NCBI GenBank assembly: GCA_904063045.1
Contig: CAJFCJ010000011.1
Span: forward strand, 186,001 to 250,000
DNA length: 64,000 nucleotides
Reading direction: 5' to 3'
From: Dimorphilus gyrociliatus
Lineage: Eukaryota; Animalia; Annelida
The translations under genes and the position numbers were made by a program. Under the pieces are notes generated by a model. That model saw only the letters and a program-made list of their open reading frames with translations, ran no database searches and was not told where the DNA came from. Positions within the stretch are counted from its first letter, which is position 1; each line of letters begins with the position of its first letter. Positions 49,818-64,000 of the stretch are shown piece by piece.

Positions 49818-50478
49818 GCTAGATATTATTAGTACTGAATATGGACACCGTGTTATGAGAAGAGGGAATCTTTTTCGTAAGCTTCAATATTCAATGTCTA
49901 GGCCATAGTAAAGTTGTGGAACTTTGGAAATTTATTCAAATTTAGCTGTTAATAAAATAATTTGCTCAACTAAACTAAGAGATCTAATTAAGGTTGGTCA
50001 GATGAAATATATATTCTTATAAGAATATTTTAAACAATGAACATTATATTTAATTTTTACTTAACCTGCAAATCTGATAATAAATATACAGGTTAATAGT
50101 TTAAAAATTATTAATCGCCGATTTAATCGCGTGATATTGTCCTAAATCATACGATTTAATAAATTTACGTCACATACATCAGAATTCCAAAGCGACTTCT
50201 GAATTCAGACCGTCTTCATCCTCGCTGAGCTCAATATGCAAATGAGGTTGGAAATAAACAGCACCCAAATTTGAATTTGTGGTTGGAGCGCTGAACAGTG
50301 TAACTTTGTATTCACATAAATAATTCGAGCACTTGTTCGAATTAATGAACTAATTTTTGTAGTCGTTTATCAAAGTTTAAACGACACCTATTAAAAAGTA
50401 AAAAAGACGTGGAGTTTTGCACGACCATTTCTCCTAACCTGTTGTTCTTACTACAACGATTCGTTTACTTGCAGTAAT

Positions 50479-52973
50479 ATGCGTGCTGTTATCAGAATCG
50501 CGCTGCTTACTCTATTAGTCGCTGTGCTGATTCCTTCATATGAAACGTCTAAAGAAGAATCAAATAAAGATGTAGAACATACAACTATAATCTTAATAGG
50601 AGCTACTGGAGATCTTTCTAAAAAATATCTATGGAAGTCTTTCTATGCGTTGTTTACCGATCGTTATTTAGCTGGAAAGCGTCATTTTTCGTTCTACGGA
50701 GCTGGGTTATCACCCATTGAGCAAGGTCGAACAAAATTGAGTGAAATTCTTTTAAACGTCGTTAGATGTTTCGATGAAAAATGTCGTGAGAGGAAGAAAA
50801 AGTTTATAGAATCAACTCAATACGTTCAATTAAAGACAAGGGAACATTACGAAACAATAGGTAAAAGGTTAGTATTATTTATTCGATTTTCTTTGTGTTT
50901 CTCCCTTCCAAAATTAAATCAAGTGTTATTACTATTTTCTTAGAATCACGGAAAATATTCAAACGTATTACGCAATAGATGACCCAGAAAGGAGTGTTGA
51001 ATTTGGCAGAATCATTTATATGGCTATTCCTCCAAGCGCTTACAGAATAACAGCAGAATTAGCAAATCGATACCTCCGCCCAACTGTTGGTCGACCTTGG
51101 TTTAGGTTCTTGTCTTTATAGATTTTCCTTTCACTTTATGATTAATAATAATATAGGGAATATTTTCTATAGAGTTGTACTGGAAAAACCTTTTGGAAGA
51201 GACTTGAAAAGTGCGGAAAGATTATCGAAAGATTTAGCAAGTTATTTTAAAGAGGAGGAAATTTATAGAATAGACCACTACTTGGGAAAATCCATATCAA
51301 ATTTGATACTACCCTTTAGGATTATTCATAAAAATTCTTTTGAATCATTCTGGAATAATAAATTTATTGAAAGAGTTGAAATATCTTCAATGGAAGAGTT
51401 AGACGTTAAAGGAAGAACTCAATTCTACGACGAAGTTGGAGTTTTTCGCGATATGTTTCAAAATCATCTTACAGAACTTTTAGTCCTTATTGCAATGAAA
51501 CTACCCAAAGATTCTTCAAGTATTAAAACATTGACGGAATCTAAATATAACGTTTTAAAAAGTATAAACAAAATCCGAAAAAAGCACGTTGTTCAAGGTC
51601 AATATGCTCAGTTTAATGAACAATTAATCAATGAAAAAACAAGGACCGCTGGCAACGAAAGCTCTATGCCGACGTTTGGTTCTTCTGTTTTGTATTTAAA
51701 TGATCCCAGATGGTCTGGCGTACCATTTATATTATCAAGTGGAAAAAGCTTTCCTGAAAAATCAAGTTATATACGCTTAATTTTTAAATTAAACGATGCC
51801 TGTCTTGTTAATGATAACTTGTGTGGAAAACGAAAAGAAGTTATCTTTTATTTAGGAGGCTCCAGTATTTTAATGCCTCCTTGTATTATTATTGGTGGTG
51901 ATTTTCCTACTATTGAATCGTCTTCTAAGTGGAAACTGGAGCATGTACCGGGTAATTGGACATTTATGGGATGGAACATTTCATCTGTACAAGTTCTTCA
52001 GCCAGAAGAAATACGAGACGCCTATACAATTTTAGTTCGAGCACTATTCGATGGCAATCGACATATGTTTGTTGATACACCAAGACTATTGGAATCCTGG
52101 AAAGTTTGGACACCGATTATTGAGGAGATGGAGAAAGAATTGCCAAGGATTTATGAAAAATCAAAACCTAAACTAGTCAACTTGAAATTGACGCCCAACG
52201 GCGGCTTAGATTACAAATATTTCCCGAAAATCATCAAATTTAATGAAAATGATGAATTGGATACAAATACTTTTAGAAACTCTCTCTTAATTAGACGATC
52301 ACACGAAGAGCTAGTTCTGAGTTTGGCCAATGATATTGAAGAAACTATGGTTGAAAGAATTGATTTGACAGGAGCTTTTCATTTGGTTTTGTCTGGTGGC
52401 TCTTCTCCTATACCGTTGTTGGAAGAGCTTTCCTCTAGAGCATCATTACCTTGGAGGCAAGTGCATATTTGGTTTGCTGACGAAAGATGCGATGAGAGTA
52501 ATTTTAAGATGATAAATGAGAATTTATTGAAGAATGTAGCCATTGATGTAGCTAATGTTCATAGAGTTCCAATTTATCTATTTGATGAGGAGGAATGTTT
52601 CGAAAGTGCAAGATTATACAACGAATTAATAAAAAAGAACATTAGGAGTGGACACTTCGATTACATTGTTCTAGGCCTAGGTAATGATGGCCATACGGCA
52701 TCCCTCTTCCCATTCGATAATCAATCCTTAGACGAAAGGGAGGCTTACGCATTATTCACGAATAAAGGACCAGTAGATGGCGTTCAAAATAGAATTTCAT
52801 TAACTTTCAAGGCTATCAATTTAGGTAGAAGGGTAGCTGTATTTGTTGCCGGCAAGTCAAAAAGAGAAATAATGCAAAAATTGAAAACTGATGATATGCA
52901 AATATTAGAAAAACCTATTGTTGGGGTACAAACCAATAATTTAACTTGGTTTGTCGATAATGAAGCAATGTAA
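50479..52973 (+). CDS. H6PD: GDH/6PGL endoplasmic bifunctional protein (hexose-6-phosphate dehydrogenase + 6-phosphogluconolactonase)
   Basis: Signal peptide MRAVIRIALLTLLVAVLIPS, then IGATGDLSKKYLW, VVLEKPFGRDL, YRIDHYLGK, RDMFQNHLTEL, RWSGVPF. C-terminal lactonase LVLSGGSSP, FADERC, LGLGNDGHTASLFP. Confidence 0.95.
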
Positions 52974-53386
52974 AGTTATTTCCTATGAAAAACAAAGAAA
53001 TTCAACTTGAAAGGAAATTTTACTACTTACTTATTTTTTTTATATAAACTACATGGTATGCTCTACATAATTACACTTATATATTGTATATACTTAATAA
53101 ACTAATATGAAAGTATTAGATGTGCTGTTTACTGGTATCTCTTTTTATATTTCGCTTAGGCAAGTAAAGCGTATTAATTTAATAGATATGGTGAGTGTAG
53201 TGAATCGCAAAATAACACGAACGCTTTTCTCAATTGCAACTTTACAAAGACAAATTTATTCCATTAAAGTTAAAAACTTGAAATCAATGACAAATGAACA
53301 TCTTACTAATAATAAAAGAAAGTTTCTTTACCTTTATCTTGTTCTATTTATTTATATGTTGTACTATTCAAAAGGTTTTTGAGAGA

Positions 53387-55215
53387 CTATTTACGTTCCC
53401 TTTTCGGGGGACGGAAGTCAACACTTCGGTGCTCCTTATAATCTGGCTCTTTATTATGAACAGTTCTAAAAATATATATTTATATATATAATGACTGTAT
53501 AATGAAAGACATAATTAATAAATTGGCTCTTTTTCCCTCTGATTAAACTCTTACTTGAGGCATCTGGAGCAGAAAAGATCGTCTTCGCAATCGATACATT
53601 TGTATTTAGCATCTTCGTTACACAGACAGCAGTATGGTAGCTCATCCGGCACGTTCTTTATATTATTATATTTTCATTCGTTTATTAAAATATTTAATAA
53701 ATTAAAAAAGAAAAAGCGTATTCTCTCTTTGTTACATACCGATTGTGCTCCCGAAAATCCTAGATTTTCCATTTCCTCCAGTTTTGCCTCTTCTAATAAC
53801 TTGAGTAGTTTCGTATGAAAAATGTTCCTTTCTTGTACAAAAATGTGAAAATTTGGAGAAAGTAATTAATTACCTGTCTAACGATTTTTCTCGCCTCGAG
53901 TCTCTCCTCATCCTCAGGTGATTCTTCCTCCGTTGATAGTTTAGGCTGAACGTTTCCTTCTTTCGGGAGTTGATTGCCTCGAGCCTCATTATCGGATTTT
54001 GTATTGCTCTTTCTTCTAATTAATTGCCTTAGTCGTTGGAAGAGCGATTTATCCTTTTTCAAATTATCCATACTTTTTGTGGAGTCCATTTGTAATTCGA
54101 AAGCCTTTCGACAAGTTTAAGATAATTAACTTTCTACTCTTTCGTATAGTTAAATTGGGAAAAAAATGTACAAAAACTAACGACGTTTTTTATCAAATCT
54201 TCTACGTCATTTCCAGAATGACGTTTAATAGGTTCCTCAGGATTACTACTTTCGCTAGTACCAATTTGACTCTCTTTATGAGCTGAAGGAAAAATTCTTT
54301 AGATAGAGTTTTTCAACTCTTCTAAGGAGTGTATACTGACTAGTCGTTGTTTGCTCGCTCTTTAAACTATCCAGGCGTTTTTGTATTTCGTCGGTAGGTG
54401 GCAAGAAACGGGCATCTAATTCGACTTCATCATTTATTTCATCTAATAAAGCGTCAACTTGTTCTTGCTGAGTTCTCGTATCTTTCTTCCAAACATGCGG
54501 TTTATTAGAATTTTCTTCGGATCTTCCTTGATTCTTTGCTAATCTTGATGCAATTTCATCAGCAGAGGGTAGAGTTTCTAAAGTCCTTATTATTTGTCTT
54601 TAAAAAACAAAATTATATGTTTATTAGCTAACTTGTATCAGATTTTCCCTTGTCGCCCTCTTGTAATCTTTTCAATCTTTGCGCTATTTCCATATCTTTT
54701 CCTTTTAATCCTTTCATATAGTCTGGTTCATGCGTTATGTTTGATTTAACGATAGGTCCCTGTAAGTTCTTTGGTTTTAGTTTTCCCTCATTCCACAACG
54801 TTTCCCTCCTAACGGTGGTCAGTAAAAATGTATATAAGAATTATAAACAGTTAGGTTATTCATTGACAATTTACTTTTGTAGGGCTTCCGGTGGTGTTCT
54901 ACGACCGTCATCCTCTTTAATTAAGCTGTGTGTTTTTGTTTATAATTTTATGTTACTTAAATATGGTTTTTTAATCATTTTTTAATATACCCCTTAATGA
55001 TGTTGTAGCATTTCCGGCAAACTGATACCTTACTCTTTCCCTCATAATCTGTACTCTCAACGCATTTCGAGCAGTATATTTGCCGACATTTACCACATGA
55101 TACCTAGTCATAAAATAAAACCGGGAACTAGATATTGAATTGATTAACCAACGAAATTAACCTCTTTTCGCCGCCAAGAGAAGCCTTCTCCACATCGAAT
55201 ACACGAATTAGGCAT
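53387..55215 (-). CDS. ZFYVE19: Abscission/NoCut checkpoint regulator (FYVE-type + C-terminal B-box-like zinc finger), multi-exon
   Basis: MPNSCIRCGEGFSWRRKE|VSCGKCRQIYCSKC..VCRKCY; TPPEALQK; C-terminal DELPYCCLCNEDAKYKCIDCEDDLFCSRCLK|TVH..YKEHR, matching the ZFYVE19 LPWCCICNEDA..C..C..DLFC..C pattern. Confidence 0.88.
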
Positions 55216-55835
55216 TTAAAATATTTTTCAAATCAAGAAACTTGTTAGCTTTACATTAAAATAATTTAAGAAGCCTCAAATTAGACCGCTCATCAAGATG
55301 TCGTAGTCAACTGACCTTGACCCTTAGTTCTATTTTGCAACTTCCGGTGAAACCTTATGCGATGCAATCTTTCTCTTTGCATTCGATCTAAATCCTTTCT
55401 TCCAACGAGTAAAGTGCTTTAAAGTACAAGTTAAAAGTATATAAGATGAGATGCAATATTACAGCGCTTGCGAGATATATAATTATTCAAAAATAAGAGT
55501 AAAACTTGTCCGTCAATCAAGCAACCTAAAGGCAAGTTTTTAGTTGCGGCACATTCTTTTTAGAGAAAGCATTTCGAAAGGTAACAAATTAATTAGAGAA
55601 ACTAGAATAATATTAACTTTACACATTTTAATTAAAAGAAAACCGGTACACAATTGAATATTTTGCATTGTTATGATCTTTTTTTGTTTACAGTGGTCAA
55701 CAGTTTTTTTTCGAGTAAAAAAATATAGCGAACATATTTCAAATATGTTAACATCAGTATTTTGCATAAGTTTTAATTAATTCTAATGATTTATCCAGAA
55801 CATTTTCCAACAAACGAGTCACCATAAAAATTTAC

Positions 55836-56498
55836 ATGGCCAGCACAGATGCAGATGATTGTAAACACTATATTGGATCAGTTCAAGATGTCAGGTATAG
55901 TTAAGTTACTCTATTTAATTCAATTTCATATCTAATGCCTATAGACAGAGGTGTAGAACAACTGCTGAAGTTGGCGGTAGAAAAGTTACAGTTTTCGCCC
56001 TAAAAACATCATTCTACGCTTTAGACGACAAATGCTATCGTAAGTCACTTGTAATAATGGAGAGATATTGTTATTTGAATTTAAATTGCTCACATCCTGA
56101 TATAGATGCTGGAGGACCATTAGAATTGGGCGATATAGAGGTATTAGTGAAGTTTTGTGTTTACTTAATAAATCATTTATTCTATTTGGTTATAGGAGAT
56201 AAATAATGATTTATGTATCGTTTGTCCCTGGCATAAATACATAATTAAACTATCAAGCGGAGAAGGAGTTTATCAAGGAATTGATCCAGCTACAAAAAAA
56301 ACAGAATGGAAGACTAAAGGAGTTAAACAAAGAGTTCATGAAGTTGTTGTCGAAAATGGACATGTCTACGTTAGACTTAATCTTGCTGGCAAATTGGATT
56401 GTGATCGTTATTATACGGAAGAGTACAGGAAACTAATGAATGAGGATGTTGTGGACCTAAAATTCGATTTTTCCGATCCAAATACAAAAATTGAATAG
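55836..56498 (+). CDS. RFESD: Rieske [2Fe-2S] domain-containing protein, 4 exons; absent from the ORF track
   Basis: Spliced VGGRKVTVF..FYALDDKCY|HAGGPLELGDIE|EINNDLCIVCPWHKYIIKLSSGEGVYQ...KGVKQRVHEVVVENGHVYV gives the Rieske ligands CxH and CxxH. Confidence 0.92.
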
Positions 56499-56671
56499 TA
56501 CGACTCTCTTGTTGTTTTCATACCAAGCTTTTAAAATGTTGATGTTGTTATCTTTCGATGTTATCGTTATCGAATCTGCTCTTGTCAGTGTAGTTTTATT
56601 TTTTACCTTTGTACTTTAAATTTTAATCTTTTTTTTTAAAAAAAAATACAAAATATTTATTTATACCAAGT

Positions 56672-58877
56672 CTATTCTGGAAGTGTAACATTTATGGGCT
56701 TTTGGTGTCCAGCACTCTTTTGATGAGCTCTTAGTCCGGCTAATTGAGAATAGGCATTCGGGCATTCGCAACATTTGTATGGCTTTTCTCCTAAAAAGGA
56801 CATTTATTGTTGATTTGTAGTTTTTCTATAGAGTATAAATATACCTGTATGTAATCGAACGTGATTCCTTAACGTTGAACTTTGACTAAAACTCCTTTGA
56901 CAAAATTGACAAACAAACGGTTTTTCTAATGTATGAATTCGCATATGCGAACGTAGATTACTTCTTGAATTAAATCCTCGTCTACAAACTACGCATCGTA
57001 ATTTATTAGGCGATTGTATAAGGCAACCAGGTAATGAATTAATTGATATTTTATTTTGAACTGCAGACGGTAAACCCAAAAAAGTAGAATAAGAATTCCC
57101 ATACCAAGCTAATAGTTCTTCATCCGGTTTTATTGTCTAGAATAAGGGAAGAGATAAAATAAGAAAAGAGAGAGATAATTTTAATAATATGATAATCTTT
57201 TGTTTTAGTAATTAATAACATACTCTTATAGCCCTAAAGTATAATTGATTCTCTTTTTGATAAATTTCCAAGTTCTGCTCTCCATCGTATCGAGCGCATT
57301 GAATCATGGTTAACCAAACCATATTAAGCGGAGCCGATGAACCGTCCAAGTAGTGACTTAATGAGCCATCACCGCCAAAAATCTGTTTGAAAGGGAAGAA
57401 AGTGGATTAAGTCCATAAGTTACTTATATGCTTAAGCATTATGTAGCAAGATGGAATTTAGAACTTTTCTCTCTCTTTCTTTTTTTTCTTACCTCCCATA
57501 AAAAGCGTCCGTCAGATGAGGCGTCGTTTAATTCCCTTTTGTAGCCAGGAAAAGGACCAATATCTGCCATAAAATGGATAACTTCGGTCGAAAAGGCTCC
57601 TAATCTCCCGTGATAGGCTCCCGATGGTAGTAGTCTTATAGCCGGGGGCGTCGGCGTGTGGGCTATGAATTAAAAAAAAAAGGTGAGGAGGGGTAGGGGG
57701 AGGGGGCGAGGGAAAGAGGTTAGGCGGATAAGAAGATTTTTTTCTTTAAAAAAAAAAAATACTACAAGTAAACAACAAGAAAATAAAGAAAAGAGGGCTA
57801 TTTTAAGGGATTAGCTCCACATTTAAATAAAGTAGGATAAAGGAAAGAAAAACCTCATAAATGAAAGTTGAAGAACGAAGTGCGCGAACAGATTGTTCGA
57901 ACGGGCGACGTTAAATGAGGCGCGATATAAGTTTGGTGTCAGCATTGAAACGCTTTAAATGAAGCGTTAAAATCTACGTCGGGACGCGTGTTTCATTGTT
58001 ATATGGACTTTTTTCTATAAGAAAAAAGTTCAACGAAAAAAAACCGAGTTACACGAGACAATTTCAATAGAGCCGCCTTTTTAGACGATAAGCGGCGGCG
58101 TCTCTTTACTTATAAATGCCGGTTTCGTGACCAATTTATATTTTTATCGTATTTATTCAATCGTAAAAAGAAATGTAGAAGAAGAAATATATACAATTTA
58201 CATTCCAATTGTTAATTTCTTTTTTTAAATAGGCCTAGAAAGAATTCGAATGCCAACTCTCCTTATTCAAATCTTATTAATCTTGTAAATCATTAAAAAG
58301 TATAAGGGAAAAGAGTGAATGACCTAAATATAAGTTTTTAATTTAAATTTCTAATTAATATAATTAGATAGGCTATTATTCTATTTTCTTATTCAGCGAG
58401 CTACTTTTGTTCTTAATTAAGCATTGAAATCGTTCTAAAAGAATTTCATTTTGTTCCTTATCATTATCAGTTTTCTATGAATACGTGATATATAATTAAC
58501 TCGATTAAATCGACAAAGCGGTTCTTTATTGTTCCGAGGCGTCAAATTAGGGACATGAAAACTTTAATTAGAAAAAGAAAGAAAGGAAGGAAGGAAGAAA
58601 GAATATTATGAATATTTTAATATTTATGAATAAATTAAATTATAATTAATTAATTCAACTTACCAATAAGCCTTACTAAATGATTTGTTATATTTCTATC
58701 TGTTGGTATCTTTCCGTATAGGCACATTTTCAATACATCTTCTGAGATTTCTACCTTCTTTTCAGTTGTCTTTAGAACTTCCTCCTTAGAACTTTGAGCC
58801 GATTGGGACAACGCTGTTAATTTCATTTGAAAGGATGTTTGTTCCAATTGGAAACCGTTTAATGGAATATGCTGCAT
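56672..58877 (-). CDS. PRDM12: PR domain zinc finger protein 12 (exons 58877-58664, 57662-57493, 57382-57224, 57136-56845, 56790-56672)
   Basis: Three C2H2 fingers [51 protein letters not shown]|[25 protein letters not shown] domain IGPFPG..LWE|[22 protein letters not shown]|[16 protein letters not shown]-terminal [12 protein letters not shown]. All junction phases are consistent. Confidence 0.93.
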
Positions 58878-59719
58878 CTCTCCTTTCTTCTCTATAACTT
58901 TTTTCTCTCTAAGAAAACTAATAATTAGTCTTTCTTTTCACCAATAGAAAATGAAATTAAATATAAAAAAAGTAACGCCCTATCGCTATTAAACGAATTA
59001 TAAAGAAATTGAAGAAGTGTTTTCAACCAATCAGCGTTCAATTTCTATTTTCCCATGCATTTTGACCTCAAAAGTAGGTGGGGTGAATGGAAAATGTAGG
59101 AGGAGCTTACTTTTAATTTCATTCTTATGTATAATGTATAATATATGCATTTATAATAACGTTTATGAATATATTAGTACTTAATAATCCTTTAAACATC
59201 CATTTTGTATAGTTATAATAATAATTTCAATGGAATGAAACTTGGAGTAATTAGAGAAATAAAGGGCATTGATCGTATCCATACGAGGCTAGAATTGGGC
59301 CTTAAAGAGTACAAATTAAAAATAAAGAGTAAGCGTTCATTGTTATTGGAAAGTCGGAAAATGTATATGTAAATAATACTCTTCTATGAGGTTAGAAAGA
59401 GAAGAGAAGAGAAGAGAGGAGAGAGAGACGCAGAGAACTTTTAATAAAAAGTTGGAAGTTTGTACATGGAAAAAAATGAAATCGTATAGAGAAAATTTTA
59501 CGGTTGTATACAATGTTTTTTCGAGGTTAAGTAACAATAGTATCAGGTCAATAAAGAAAGACTCGTTGAAAGATACAATCAAGCTTGAGCAACCCAACCT
59601 TGGAGACAATAAAATGTAGTCTATCTACAATCATTCATTCGATAAATTAAATAATCTACAGATCTTGATTCCAAGATGGAAACTCTAATTTATTGATATT
59701 AGATGATGAAACAATCAGT

Positions 59720-59722
<3 letters not shown>

Positions 59723-59766
<44 letters not shown>
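59723..59766. repeat. (TA)n microsatellite
   Basis: Perfect TA run of ~22 units. Confidence 0.92.
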
Positions 59767-59769
<3 letters not shown>

Positions 59770-60322
59770 TATAGGTGTATCATTTTGAAATGTCATTAAA
59801 GATACTTTGTTCTATACATCAAATGCGGAAGAATCAACTAACCTAATATGTTTATTTATGTACAGCGTTGTATTATAGTTAGTTAAGATTATACTAAAAA
59901 TAACTGAGATAATCTTAAAGTATGTACGATAGGCAAATGTTAATGATTCGCATTGATAAAGAATTGAGAAGGTTAAGGAGTTATCCTTACAATATATAAA
60001 TATTCGAAAAGGGATTATACTGTCAGAGAAGATATTCAAGTTGTAGATAGTGTCTACATGATGGGATTATTATATTTTACTATAAGATTGTCAAGATCGT
60101 TTTCTTTGTTCCTTACTTCTTTAAGGTTAAAATTAGAGTATTAAAAGATTGTATTAATTATATTAATATATTTTAAATATATCATTTAGACTAAGAATCA
60201 ATTTCGCGAATTTTCGCGAATTTTACAATTTATTAATAAATAAGCATATCTTATTTTATAGTTAATATTAATCACGATTCTTTTCTTGGTGTTTTTCTCC
60301 TTTCCTATTCTCTTTCGTATTC

Positions 60323-64000
<3,678 letters not shown>

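Noticed and set aside
50230-50370. Octamer plus Sm-site-like words (AATTTGTGG, AATTTTTG) suggesting an snRNA
   Set aside because: No U1/U2/U4/U5/U7 5' sequence or convincing stem-loops; such words are frequent in AT-rich DNA.
59343-60039. ORFs 59343-59609, 59386-59619, 59812-60039
   Set aside because: Built from GAGAA and AT-rich low-complexity intergenic sequence with no splice-linked domains.
60200-60226. Tandem AATTT(T)CGCG palindromic repeat
   Set aside because: Only two copies, immediately 3' of a gene; compatible with chance or slippage.

Overview
AT-rich, very gene-dense, intron-containing animal genomic DNA: 24 protein-coding genes in 64 kb, with many introns of only 45-70 nt. The gene set and compaction suggest an invertebrate with a miniature genome (a lophotrochozoan such as the annelid Dimorphilus is plausible; inference only). 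Order and strand: basigin/neuroplastin-like (-), ACL4-like TPR (+), PCBD (-), a degenerate Merlin/IS1595-like transposase relic (+), XRCC4 (+), MGME1 (-), MED31 (+), TOR1AIP/LAP1-like (+), uncharacterised (-), RAB34/36 (-), SAS10/UTP3 (+), MAP7/ensconsin-like (+), SETD4 (-), uncharacterised repeat-motif protein (-), ACY1 (+), kanadaptin (+), ankyrin/death-domain protein (-), SLC25A12/13 (+), uncharacterised (+), beta-lactamase-fold serine hydrolase (-), H6PD (+), ZFYVE19 (-), RFESD (+), PRDM12 (-), and a 5'-truncated rifampicin-phosphotransferase/PigC-like dikinase (-). PCBD, RFESD, most of ZFYVE19, the PRDM12 PR domain and the transposase motif are not visible in the ORF track; I assembled them by reading splice sites. 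I saw no rRNA, tRNA or CRISPR features. Most interesting: the intron-bearing RPH/PigC-like enzyme, the ANK-phosphotyrosine-motif-death-domain adaptor, the hidden transposase relic, the orphan protein with a recurring Y[HY]R[GS]xW motif, and stacked alternative first exons of the MAP7-like gene. All gene names come from recalled family motifs, not from database searches, and exon boundaries are manual.
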